Shown: positions 40,815 to 52,007, counted from the stretch's first letter. The stretch: 64,000 bases of DNA from Candidatus Poribacteria bacterium (GCA_965116925.1 OZ220744.1:2729136-2793135), one strand, 5' to 3'. Translations and numbers: made by a program. Notes: generated by a model from the sequence alone, not told the origin.

Positions 40815-41043
40815 GATAATTCCTCCGATTTTTTTAATAGGCTGACCGGCGCATAGTATGCTATTGTGTTTAGATCTGTCAGATTCTATCATAGTCACAA
40901 AGTCTTGTCAAGATGCAAAACGGATCTAATTCACAAAAACATAAAACGTGATTGGTTCATTTATCATGTTTTAGATTTCATTCATGGAATGCCGATAAAA
41001 TCGGGGATGCAGGGCGTAACTTCTATCAATTTCGTTTTATACC

Positions 41044-41072
41044 TTGCATTGGGCGACGTAATATGTTAAAAT
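41044..41072 (+). promoter_or_regulatory. Sigma-70-like promoter (TTGCAT-17-TAAAAT) for the XRE/ImmA pair
   Basis: TTGCAT at 41044-41049, 17-nt spacer, TAAAAT at 41067-41072. AAGGAGG RBS at 41148-41154. Confidence 0.5.
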
Positions 41073-41157
41073 GTGAATCACAATCGTTAGAAGGTGCAAT
41101 AAACACGCTTTTCTGCGATCGTACACCGTTTTTTACCCTAACCCCATAAGGAGGTAT

Positions 41158-41502
41158 GTGATTATGTCTGTTTCAGTACGTATTAAGGAACGTCGTGATA
41201 AACTCGGAATGACACAAACACAACTCGCCAAATCGGCGAAGTTGACTCCCGCAGCGATTTCACAGTTTGAGTCCGGTGCCCGGAAACCGGCATTCGACAC
41301 ACTTTCGAGCCTTGCCGATGCGTTAAAAGTTACCACAGATTACCTGCTCGGCAAAAAGGCGCACGACTACGACGACCTTCTGGCGGATCCGAAGGTTAGT
41401 GTTATGTTTAGAGGTATCATGGACCTTTCTGAGGAAGATAAGGAGACGCTGATCGAGTTCTACCAATTTCTTAAAGATAAAAACGGCAAAAACACGCAGT
41501 AA
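41158..41502 (+). CDS. XRE-family helix-turn-helix transcriptional regulator
   Basis: HTH_3 'LGMTQTQLAKSAKLTPAAISQFESGARKPAFDTLSSLADALKVTTDYLLG'. ATG at 41164 is more likely the real start (RBS spacing). Confidence 0.85.
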   Translation: MIMSVSVRIKERRDKLGMTQTQLAKSAKLTPAAISQFESGARKPAFDTLSSLADALKVTTDYLLGKKAHDYDDLLADPKVSVMFRGIMDLSEEDKETLIEFYQFLKDKNGKNTQ

Positions 41503-41530
41503 CACAATTTGATGGATCTGCTGCTTTGAC

Positions 41531-42418
41531 ATGAACCAGAGATCGTCCCAAAAACATCAGATTGCAGAACAGGTGTCCTCCAAACCCGCTCTAGAACCTG
41601 CCGAGGGTGCGCGACAGTTGTTGCGTGAACTAAATGTTCAGGACATCCCGATTCAACCGCGAAATATTGCAGAACAGTTGCAAATCGTCGTCTGGGAACG
41701 GGAGATGGAAAGCCAGTACGATGGCTGCTTAATGCGGGTTGGCGATACGTGGGGCATTCTGCTCAACAATCTGATTCAATCAGAGTCCCGAAAGAACTTT
41801 ACAATCGCTCACGAACTGGGGCATTACTACTTGGATGGGGGACAAACTGAGAGGCAAAATTTCGCTACAGATGCAAAGAACAGAGCGGCGGAATTTGCCC
41901 CTCAGCACCGTTGTCAGCGCGAAGATTTGCGTGGATTTGATTCGCACCAATTGGAAGAGCAACGTGCCAATCAGTTCGCAGTTGAGCTGCTGATGCCCTC
42001 TCCCATTTTTCGAGCGGACGCTACCGATCTGCCTAAAATCGGGTTGACGGCGATTGATACCCTCACTGCCAAATATTCTACCTCTTTGACCAGCACGGCT
42101 ATTCGCTACACACGCTTGAGTCCGCATGTTTGTGCGATTGTGCTGTCTGAGCGGGGGCAGATTAAATACTTTGCTTATTCAGATGGCTTTCGTCAGAATA
42201 GTGATTGCTATCTCGCGAAAAATAAGCCCCTCCATCCCGACTCGGTCGCAGCCCTGCTTGACAAAGGTAAATCGAAAGAGGTGAAAGAACACCAGCGGAA
42301 AGTTCCGTTGTCCCATTGGTGTTCGACGCAATCGGATCAACCCCTCGTCGAGCAATCCCGCCGATTGCCCCGCATGAATCAGGTGCTCTCGTTTCTTTGG
42401 TTGCCGGACGGGGCGTGA
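41531..42418 (+). CDS. ImmA/IrrE-family (DUF955) zinc metallopeptidase
   Basis: 'FTIAHELGHYYLD' HEXXH motif plus a downstream Glu. Paired with the upstream XRE HTH, as in ImmR/ImmA and CapH/CapP modules. Confidence 0.8.
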   Translation: MNQRSSQKHQIAEQVSSKPALEPAEGARQLLRELNVQDIPIQPRNIAEQLQIVVWEREMESQYDGCLMRVGDTWGILLNNLIQSESRKNFTIAHELGHYYLDGGQTERQNFATDAKNRAAEFAPQHRCQREDLRGFDSHQLEEQRANQFAVELLMPSPIFRADATDLPKIGLTAIDTLTAKYSTSLTSTAIRYTRLSPHVCAIVLSERGQIKYFAYSDGFRQNSDCYLAKNKPLHPDSVAALLDKGKSKEVKEHQRKVPLSHWCSTQSDQPLVEQSRRLPRMNQVLSFLWLPDGA

Positions 42419-42439
42419 AACGTGAATAATCGCCTGCCT

Positions 42440-42463
42440 GTAGGTCGAGTTTCTGTACTCGAC
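42440..42463. repeat. REP-like hairpin family 3 (GTAGGTCGAGAT..ATCTCGAC), one of six copies
   Basis: Copies at 13226-13249, 20467-20490, 27495-27518, 29749-29772, 42440-42463 and 52639-52663. Each has a 7-8 bp stem GTCGAGA/TCTCGAC around an A/T loop. Confidence 0.7.
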
Positions 42464-42577
42464 ATCGACTCAGTTAGTTCATTAGTTCATTGATGATAGA
42501 GCCCATCAGAAAACTTAACGGGGCACAAAAAAGGGGTGCATCCGAAGATACACCCCTAGTCTATGAAGCATTTGCTC

Positions 42578-43909
42578 CTATTGTTCCGCTTCCCCGCCAT
42601 CAGGCGTGTCGCGGGAAGGAGGCGTCCCGCTTGCAGGACGGTCGGGAGGGTGCGGCTCAAATTGCCGAGCCGCGTCAGGATCAGACTCCCGCAGACGACG
42701 AAGCCCCTCCTCTGTGCCGTATTGGTCTATCAACCGTTGCGCCTTATCAGCAGGATTAGTTGATAGTCCTTCAATCAAATCCGATCCAATCCCCTGTGGT
42801 GTCAACTGTTTTTCGAGATCTGCTACACTTTGAGGGGATATAGGCTTGACTATATCGGGAAGATCTGATGGAGAGACAGGAACATCAGAGCGAACCGGGG
42901 CACCATTGGCATTTTCATTGATGCTTCCCTCAGAAAAAGGGTCTGTTGCTGAATAGTCCCCACCGAATTCTGTTTCGCTACTTCCTGACGGGAGGGTGCC
43001 CTCTAATTTTCGCATCCACCCCGGTAGTGCGTCTTCAGCGATATCAGACAGCAACCGCACCTTCACCGGCGGTTTATCAGACTGCCCCGGTTTGGCAAAA
43101 GAGTTTAATATACGTCCTCTTTCCTTCATTGCCAGATTGTTGTCGACATTCTCTTTTGCTCTTGCCGATAACGACACATCAATTTCGCCCTTTGCTATCT
43201 TTGCCTCAATCTCCGCCATCGAGATCTTTAATTGTTTACTGAGCCAGACCTTTTTTATGAACTCTTGACGTTCATAGGGATCTTTTATCGCATAGTATTC
43301 ATCGGGTATCGGTTCGCCTGCTACCTCAACACGCGCTGGGTGCTGGTCCTGCTCAAATGCTTCTAAAATCGGCGGGTCCAACTCTGACGGTAATATCGCG
43401 TCCCCTTCCTCGTACTGCCTGTCGTGCGGGACAATCACGTTATGCAGTTGACCGTCAGGAGTTACGATTCGCTGGACAACCTGACCTTTATAGGGCGAGT
43501 TCTCAGCGAGCCTTTTTAGATGTTTCTTGACATAAGGGTTTTTTTTACCCGTTATCTCCCACGCTTGCAGTTCTATATCCTCACGATCAAAAGGCACAGG
43601 TGTATAGATATACGTCCCAGCTACCATATAGACATACTCATCGCCCCGTTTCCCCTTGTAATAGGGGTTCGTGGTATCCGCCGTTGTGCTTGGGTCTGGA
43701 TTTCCGCCCCCATGGGTATGCCCTTCGGTTAGATGGTCATGCCCATCTGTTTCTGTATGTTTAACAGAACGATTAAACGCCTGAGTGGACGATATAAAAT
43801 GCTCGAATGCAACATGCTTCTGGTATTCTCTATAACCGATGTAGCAGACCAACAGTAACGCAATCAGACCCACCACAACGAGATAAGGAGTAAAACGGTA
43901 ATTCAACAT
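42578..43909 (-). CDS. N-terminally membrane-anchored 443-aa protein with a His/Gly-rich segment (unknown function)
   Basis: TM 'YLVVVGLIALLLVCYIGY', then an 'HTETDGHDHLTEGHTHGGGN' metal-binding-like stretch and an acidic low-complexity C-terminus. Confidence 0.5.
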   Translation of the reverse strand: MLNYRFTPYLVVVGLIALLLVCYIGYREYQKHVAFEHFISSTQAFNRSVKHTETDGHDHLTEGHTHGGGNPDPSTTADTTNPYYKGKRGDEYVYMVAGTYIYTPVPFDREDIELQAWEITGKKNPYVKKHLKRLAENSPYKGQVVQRIVTPDGQLHNVIVPHDRQYEEGDAILPSELDPPILEAFEQDQHPARVEVAGEPIPDEYYAIKDPYERQEFIKKVWLSKQLKISMAEIEAKIAKGEIDVSLSARAKENVDNNLAMKERGRILNSFAKPGQSDKPPVKVRLLSDIAEDALPGWMRKLEGTLPSGSSETEFGGDYSATDPFSEGSINENANGAPVRSDVPVSPSDLPDIVKPISPQSVADLEKQLTPQGIGSDLIEGLSTNPADKAQRLIDQYGTEEGLRRLRESDPDAARQFEPHPPDRPASGTPPSRDTPDGGEAEQ

Positions 43910-43987
43910 AGTAAAAACCTCCTCAATAGTTATGAGTCAGGACGAGGTTAACCGCCTGCCCCAACCCACACGCTCATACGGATTCAC

Positions 43988-44362
43988 CTAACCTCCGCAG
44001 CTTGAATTGGAACACGTTACCGAATCAATGCGCCAATAATACCGCCCCCATTTTATACTATTCCAATGGAAGTGTGTTAACTCACCAGTTATTAAGTGAT
44101 AGGTGTTTGTTACATTCCAGCACTCCTCTCTGACGCGGGTTCGATGGATTGTGGTCGAACTTCCACAATACGAGCAAGTGCCACTGATCGTATCCGATGA
44201 CATATCTTTCCACTTGTATTTGTGACCAGACTCACTATACTCTAACCACCCTTGGTCAGCCTCAGCTCTCTCAGGTTGAAAACCAGCATATATCCCCAAA
44301 CCAACTACCAATACCCCAACAATCAACAACGAAACTTTCAACTGTCCTTTTGCTGCAAACAT
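43988..44362 (-). CDS. Small single-TM protein with a Cys-rich extracytoplasmic domain
   Basis: Start MFAAKG (GGGAGA RBS). TM 'LLIVGVLVVGLGIYAGF'. Six Cys in the C-terminal half. Confidence 0.5.
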   Translation of the reverse strand: MFAAKGQLKVSLLIVGVLVVGLGIYAGFQPERAEADQGWLEYSESGHKYKWKDMSSDTISGTCSYCGSSTTIHRTRVREECWNVTNTYHLITGELTHFHWNSIKWGRYYWRIDSVTCSNSSCGG

Positions 44363-44404
44363 GGTAAATCTCCCTATTACCATAGTTCCGGCCAAAAACA
44401 AAAA

Positions 44405-44445
44405 GGGGCTGCGCCCTCAAATCGCGCAGCCCCTTTTTGTTTTAA
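44405..44445 (-). terminator. Intrinsic terminator hairpin within the 5' leader of the small-protein operon (leader copy A)
   Basis: Minus-strand RNA 'GGGGCUGCGCgauuugaggGCGCAGCCCC' followed by UUUUUGUUUUU. Sits 35 nt upstream of the RBS of the 43988-44362 gene. Confidence 0.6.
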
Positions 44446-44504
44446 GTTGAAACTAATAGTTTAATAAGGGTATACTATAAACAATTGTTAGGTGTTCATC
44501 CTAA

Positions 44505-44614
44505 CAATGGCGAAGCGACTCGAGGTCGTGTCTCGTTTTGCTTCAGGGGGCTTCGAGCTGGACCTCGGAGCTCCCACAACTACCCATTCTATACCATCTT
44601 GAAAAATCTGTCAA
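44505..44614 (-). promoter_or_regulatory. Minus-strand promoter (TTGACA-17-TAGAAT) plus conserved structured leader motif 'R', copy A
   Basis: -35 at 44614-44609 and -10 at 44591-44586 (minus strand). The transcribed leader contains 'GUGGGAGCUCC...CCCUGAAGCAA...CGAG..CCUCGAGUCGC', homologous to 47397-47470 and 46088-46150. Confidence 0.5.
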
Positions 44615-44650
44615 CACTTTTTTTCTTAAAATCAACAATTTGCTGAGATT

Positions 44651-45916
44651 ATGGCAAAACCTTTTCGCGTTGCCGCTATCGTAACCACCTTTTTTCCGAA
44701 CAGTCATGCCGGGGTGATAGTTCCCAAATTCCTGCGTGGCTTTCCCACCGACGATGGACTGATTGCGCCGCGTACCCAGCTCGCGTCACTCTTCATTGAC
44801 CAGATCCATCAAAATGATGTTGGGCGGCAGATCGCTCACGAATACGATATCCCCATCTACGAGAGCATTCGTGCCGCGCTCACGCTCGGCGGCGATAGTC
44901 TGGCTGTGGATGCGGTGCTGCTCATCGGTGAGCACGGGGACTACCCACGCTCTGTACTGGGTCAGGAGATGCTGCCGCGGCGATATTTCTTTGAGCAGAT
45001 CTGCGGCGTTATTGCGGAGTCGGATCGCCCCATTCCTATCTACAACGACAAGCATCTGTCCTACCGTTGGGATGATGCTCACTGGATGTACACAACCGCC
45101 ACGCAGCTGGACATACCGCTCTGGGCGGGATCGGCGTTGCCGGTGGGTTGGCGGTGCCCGAACTTTGAGCATCCGTTGGGCGCACCAATCGAGGAAGCGT
45201 TGTCCATCGGGTTTCACATGATTGAACGGTACGGTTTTCATGCGCTGGAAAGCCTACAGTGTCAGGTGGAACGGCGACAGGGAGGCGAAACGGGTGTCTG
45301 TGCGGTGCAATGTTTGTCCGGTGATGCGGTTTGGCGCGCTGCCGATGAGGGACGATGGTCGTTTGAACTTGCTAACCATGCCCTCGGTACGATTGAAGAC
45401 GGGCCCAAATCCCTCGATCCGTCGCAGGTCGAAGATCCACACGTCTTCTTGATTGAGTATAGCGATGGGTTGAAAGGTGCGGCGTTGATGCTTGGCGATA
45501 ACGGCTATGTGCGGAAGTTCGCCTACGCAGCCAAGCGTGGAGAAGTCATTGATGCAATGGAATACCACACCGATTCGGGGGCGACCCATGCGGTTTTCAG
45601 CTATATGGGGCTGAATATTGAGGACTTCTTCCTGAGCGGTGTCCCGCCCAGTCCGGTTGAGCGAACCTATCTGACGACTGGCATCTTGGAGGCGGTGATG
45701 CGCTCCCACGGCAGCGGTGGCTCACAGATCGAAACCCCGCACTTGGCTATAGGTTATACGGCTACTGAATCCCAACTTCGACGACCCACTAGCACTCGCC
45801 CAACCGGTGCGTCCCTTTCGGCGTGGGAGATGCCGGAGCCGGGTGCCACTCCCGCTGCGGATTTGATTCCTATCGGGCGCGATGGGACAATTCGGGGGCG
45901 TCGGCGTTTCAACTAG
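44651..45916 (+). CDS. Hypothetical 421-aa cytoplasmic protein (no family recognised)
   Basis: Long ORF with consistent codon bias. The minus-strand ORFs inside it (44786-45241, 45254-45709) are judged spurious. Confidence 0.5.
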   Translation: MAKPFRVAAIVTTFFPNSHAGVIVPKFLRGFPTDDGLIAPRTQLASLFIDQIHQNDVGRQIAHEYDIPIYESIRAALTLGGDSLAVDAVLLIGEHGDYPRSVLGQEMLPRRYFFEQICGVIAESDRPIPIYNDKHLSYRWDDAHWMYTTATQLDIPLWAGSALPVGWRCPNFEHPLGAPIEEALSIGFHMIERYGFHALESLQCQVERRQGGETGVCAVQCLSGDAVWRAADEGRWSFELANHALGTIEDGPKSLDPSQVEDPHVFLIEYSDGLKGAALMLGDNGYVRKFAYAAKRGEVIDAMEYHTDSGATHAVFSYMGLNIEDFFLSGVPPSPVERTYLTTGILEAVMRSHGSGGSQIETPHLAIGYTATESQLRRPTSTRPTGASLSAWEMPEPGATPAADLIPIGRDGTIRGRRRFN

Positions 45917-46087
45917 GTTCTGTTGACATTTTATATTGATGCACCTACAACAGTATTTTGGGCAGGCACAAGCCCCCGATGAATCGGGATTAAGAAACCT
46001 GCCCCTACATTACATCGAATGACCCGAGCCAGCCCCGTCCACACTTTCTGATTGTATATTCGAGCGTTTCTGCTATTTATACACTCG

Positions 46088-46150
46088 AAGCGATTCGAGG
46101 ACCCGCTCGGATCGTTTCACGGGGTCGGGAGGTGTCAGCTCCCAACCCCA
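46088..46150 (-). promoter_or_regulatory. Orphan third copy of leader motif 'R' (no downstream minus-strand gene)
   Basis: 'UGGGAGCUGACACCUCCCGACCCCGUGAAACGAUCCGAGCGGGUCCUCGAAUCGCUUCGAG' (minus strand) aligns with copies A and B. Confidence 0.4.
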
Positions 46151-46159
46151 CCATTTTTT

Positions 46160-46867
46160 TCAAGGTTCAGCCCACCCGTTTTCACGTAACATCTCCAACA
46201 ACAGGGTATAGCCCTGATCCTTCAATTCAGGGTTTTGGGCATACAACACTTGCACCGCTGGCGGCGCAGCATTGCCCATCTGCGATTTGACTTCTGCTAA
46301 AAAATCACGCTGATCCTCTGCAGATAACGTATTGAGATGATCGACAATCATCGGGATCGCTTGATTCATCGTCTGCAGCACTCGCTTGCGGACCACCGCT
46401 GCATCTTCGAGCGCTGCTTCCGTTTTGGCTGCCATTTCCTCTAGCTCCGCAAGGGATTGCTCAAAAGCAGCCGTATCGGCTGCAGTAGACGCCGAAACCG
46501 ATGCTTTGTCGGGTTCAACTTCGCTCACAATTGGATCTAACAAGCCATCCGTATCCGATACGAGTGGATCCACCGCTTCATCAATTGGACGATGCGAAAC
46601 GCTATCCGTCGATTCGACCGGTGGCGTCGTGCGCTCGTTCAGGATTGCCCGCCGTTCCGATGGATCCGGTAGCAGATAGACCCGCTCCGACTCGACCGAC
46701 TTCGACGGGCGCACATAAGCGAAATATACCACCCACGAAATGATCAGCGTCAAAACTACGACAATCCCTAACCCGATGAACAGTGGCGACCGAAGCTCTT
46801 TCAGATACTCCCGCCACGATCGCCAGCCCTTGCCTGTCCGATCTCGCCAGTCGTAAAAAATCGGCAT
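46160..46867 (-). CDS. Single-TM membrane-anchored 235-aa protein with an acidic/Ala-rich ectodomain (unknown)
   Basis: TM 'LFIGLGIVVVLTLIISWVVYFAY'. Follows the 46886-47260 gene with a 19-bp gap. Confidence 0.5.
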   Translation of the reverse strand: MPIFYDWRDRTGKGWRSWREYLKELRSPLFIGLGIVVVLTLIISWVVYFAYVRPSKSVESERVYLLPDPSERRAILNERTTPPVESTDSVSHRPIDEAVDPLVSDTDGLLDPIVSEVEPDKASVSASTAADTAAFEQSLAELEEMAAKTEAALEDAAVVRKRVLQTMNQAIPMIVDHLNTLSAEDQRDFLAEVKSQMGNAAPPAVQVLYAQNPELKDQGYTLLLEMLRENGWAEP

Positions 46868-46885
46868 TTGAAACCTCCTTTAAGA

Positions 46886-47260
46886 CTATCCTGCACCCTG
46901 ACGCTGCATGCACTCCCAATACTCCTGATCAGCGACAATGGCTTGAAGCATCGCCGCAGCCAAAGCCGCCTCCGCAGCCAAAAGAAAACCGAACGCAACC
47001 GCAATCGCAATCGGGTTTGCAGACGCGATCGCGGCAACTAAAGCGCCCTCCGCAGCAATGACCGCGACCAGTGCGGCTGCCTGCCATGCGAGCGCTACAT
47101 TCAACGCATTGCGCTCCGATTGACAGACCTGTGCGATCGCTTCGACTGCCAAAAACGCCATAACACATAACAGAATAACGCTGATTAACCGTAACAGGTT
47201 CCGATTCAACCTAAACGTAGGGACAGTGATTTGTGGTACGGGTAAAGCAAACGCAAACAT
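46886..47260 (-). CDS. Small Ala-rich multi-TM membrane protein
   Basis: Start at MFAFALPV (GGGAGA RBS) because the track's longer ORF runs through the leader hairpin. Helices 'LLRLISVILLCVMAFLAVEAIA' and 'ALVAVIAAEGALVAAIA'. Confidence 0.5.
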   Translation of the reverse strand: MFAFALPVPQITVPTFRLNRNLLRLISVILLCVMAFLAVEAIAQVCQSERNALNVALAWQAAALVAVIAAEGALVAAIASANPIAIAVAFGFLLAAEAALAAAMLQAIVADQEYWECMQRQGAG

Positions 47261-47303
47261 AACAAAATCTCCCAACCGCCACCGGAAGCCACAAACAAAA
47301 AAA

Positions 47304-47470
47304 GGCTGCGTCGTCACGAATCGCGCAGCCCTAAGAAGTTTGTTGCCAAGCCAGTTGGCGTGATAGGTTGTGGGTTGACCGTCGGCATATTTTCCGACGA
47401 CCGAAATTGGGCGATTCGAGGATCTGCTCGGGTTGCTTCAGGGAGGTGCGGAGGTATCAGCTCCAAGTCT
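47304..47470 (-). promoter_or_regulatory. Leader copy B: motif 'R' plus an intrinsic terminator hairpin upstream of the 46886-47260 operon
   Basis: Minus-strand 'GGGCUGCGcgauucgugacgaCGCAGCC' followed by UUUUUUUGUUUG at 47330-47290. Upstream motif 'GUGGGAGACUUGGAGCUGAUACCUCCGCACCUCCCUGAAGCAACCCGAGCAGAUCCUCGAAUCGCCC'. Confidence 0.55.
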
Positions 47471-47589
47471 CCCACTTTATCTAAGGCGCAATTGACATGC
47501 CAAAAGTGACAATAATCGCACAAAGCCAGTCACCATCGAGCTTTCAACGCGAAATGTTAAAAAAGTCGTTGAAGTGATTAACCCAATTA

Positions 47590-47639
47590 TTAGCAACAGT
47601 TGCTAAGCAATAGTTGCTAACGTTAGCAACAGTTGCCAA
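47590..47639. promoter_or_regulatory. Array of three tandem palindromes TTAGCAAC-A-GTTGCTAA (candidate operator)
   Basis: Perfect 17-bp palindrome at 47590-47606, with two imperfect copies centred at 47612 and 47631. Confidence 0.45.
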
Positions 47640-47933
47640 CCTTCTCGCAGACACCAACAGACTTAAAAAGCTGCGCGAAGTACACGGAGCATTTTATTAT
47701 GACTTATCCCGACAAAAAGATAGGGAGTTATTAAAGTATTTTAACCAACTCAAACCAGAAACAGTCAAAGGCAAGCGTTTCGTGAACACAAAAAAGCGGT
47801 ATCATGCCAGGGAATGAAACGACGCTTTAACATCTGATTCACCTCCTTGAGGGAGGTTTTCAGCAGGAGCGAATTCAGGAGTAGTGGGAGCGTAGGTGGG
47901 TTCCACACTCCCACTGACCCTACTTTGCGAAGA

Positions 47934-50883
<2,950 letters not shown>

Positions 50884-50885
50884 TT

Positions 50886-51055
50886 TATAGTGAATTCAAA
50901 AAATAAAGAAACAGTTGCGCCACCCGGTAGGTGCGGTTTGTAACCGCACCGCATCGGCGCAGTTAGAAACAGCGCCTACCAAACAGAAGAACGGTCGTTT
51001 CATTTTCCTAACCGCACCGGTTTGGCGTGTCCCATTAATTCTAAAATCTACTATA
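50886..51055. repeat. MITE-like element family 1, copy C (long form, 170 bp)
   Basis: Same termini as copy B plus an internal 'ggtaggtgcggtttgtaaccgcaccg...gcgcagttagaaacagcgcctaccaaaca' segment shared with copy A. Confidence 0.75.
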
Positions 51056-51102
51056 ATCACCGAATATGTTAGATGTCAGGATTCGGAGATCCCTCCTACA
51101 GT

Positions 51103-51546
51103 TTATTCAAGAGGTCTTTTCATCTGAAAATGTGTTGCGTTTTCATCGACGATTGTGAATCCTAGTCTTTGGTAGAAGGCGGTAGCACGGGTGTTAATTT
51201 TTAGCACCTGAAGCGTCACAGGTTTTTGTTCACGGTTGGCATCCTCGATAATGCGCTTCATGCACGCCGCCCCGATTCCTTTGCCTTGGTGCTCAGGCAG
51301 GATATAGAGTTGGTCAACCTTGAACGTGTCAGGGGTGTTCCGCGTTGACAAGAAACCGACGTCAGTGCCGTGCAACTGGATGATGCGAATCCCCTGTGAA
51401 TCGAACCGCCTATTGTGCAGATCTCTTTGATAGGTGTCATCCCAGCCCCAGATCTGCTCCACATATTCTCGGAACGCTGCTTTCTTAACGGCAAAAACAA
51501 ATTCGCGGTCAGTTGCCTCTGCCTTGCGAATGCTCAACGCTTCCAT
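51103..51546 (-). CDS. GNAT-family N-acetyltransferase
   Basis: 'HQGKGIGAACMKRIIEDA' acetyl-CoA binding motif A. Confidence 0.8.
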   Translation of the reverse strand: MEALSIRKAEATDREFVFAVKKAAFREYVEQIWGWDDTYQRDLHNRRFDSQGIRIIQLHGTDVGFLSTRNTPDTFKVDQLYILPEHQGKGIGAACMKRIIEDANREQKPVTLQVLKINTRATAFYQRLGFTIVDENATHFQMKRPLE

Positions 51547-51555
51547 CCAAGACCT

Positions 51556-51951
51556 CTATGTTCCCCCGCAGGGAAATTTATGCAAGCCATCGGGGATCTT
51601 AGACCATGGGACTGCCATTTCGGTCCAGATTTCTCGTGTGGGTCGTAGATCCTCAGAATTGTCTAGGGTGCCCGCCTTGATGAACACCAAGTCGGGGTAA
51701 CGTGTAAACAATTGCGAACCACATTCCGGGCAGAATTCACGACTCTTTGTGAGGCCCTCATCATTCGTAGATTCGTATCCCTTAGTTTTACCGCTCAGTC
51801 GAAACGTGCTCGTTGGCACCCTAACTCCGACGTTGAACGCGCTGCCTGTGACTCGACGACAGTCATCACAGTGGCAATAGGTCACAGACAGGGGTTCCGA
51901 TTCGCTTGTATAGCTGACCGCCCCACAAAGACATCGACCTGTTAACGGCAT
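51556..51951 (-). CDS. GFA-family (glutathione-dependent formaldehyde-activating / CENP-V-like) zinc protein
   Basis: 'GRCLCGAVSY...CHCDDCRR...CPECG' Cys pattern of the GFA domain. Confidence 0.75.
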   Translation of the reverse strand: MPLTGRCLCGAVSYTSESEPLSVTYCHCDDCRRVTGSAFNVGVRVPTSTFRLSGKTKGYESTNDEGLTKSREFCPECGSQLFTRYPDLVFIKAGTLDNSEDLRPTREIWTEMAVPWSKIPDGLHKFPCGGT

Positions 51952-52007
51952 TGGCAGCCTACCTTTCCAGATAGTTGGGTGCATCAATTCAAAAGGTTGA
52001 ACCTATA

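Noticed and set aside
40815-40898. N-terminal extension of the giant ORF (MTMIESDRSKHN...) and the 100-aa extension of katG (50115-50414)
   Set aside because: The internal Met codons at 40814 and 50114 have strong GGAGG RBSs and yield, respectively, a proper signal peptide and a canonical KatG N-terminus. The upstream extensions lack an RBS.
44405-44445. GC hairpin with flanking T/A runs read as a bidirectional terminator between genes
   Set aside because: It lies between divergently transcribed genes (upstream of both), so it cannot terminate either coding transcript. It is better explained as a leader terminator/attenuator on the minus strand (see the leader finding).
44786-45709. Minus-strand ORFs of 151 aa nested inside the 44651-45916 plus-strand gene
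   Set aside because: They are fully embedded in a longer ORF on the opposite strand that has better start context, and no independent RBS is visible.
47614-47817. A 67-aa plus-strand ORF called as a gene
   Set aside because: It starts at TTG inside the palindrome array, has no RBS, and is a solitary plus-strand ORF wedged against the katG 3' end. It is kept only as context for the operator-like array.
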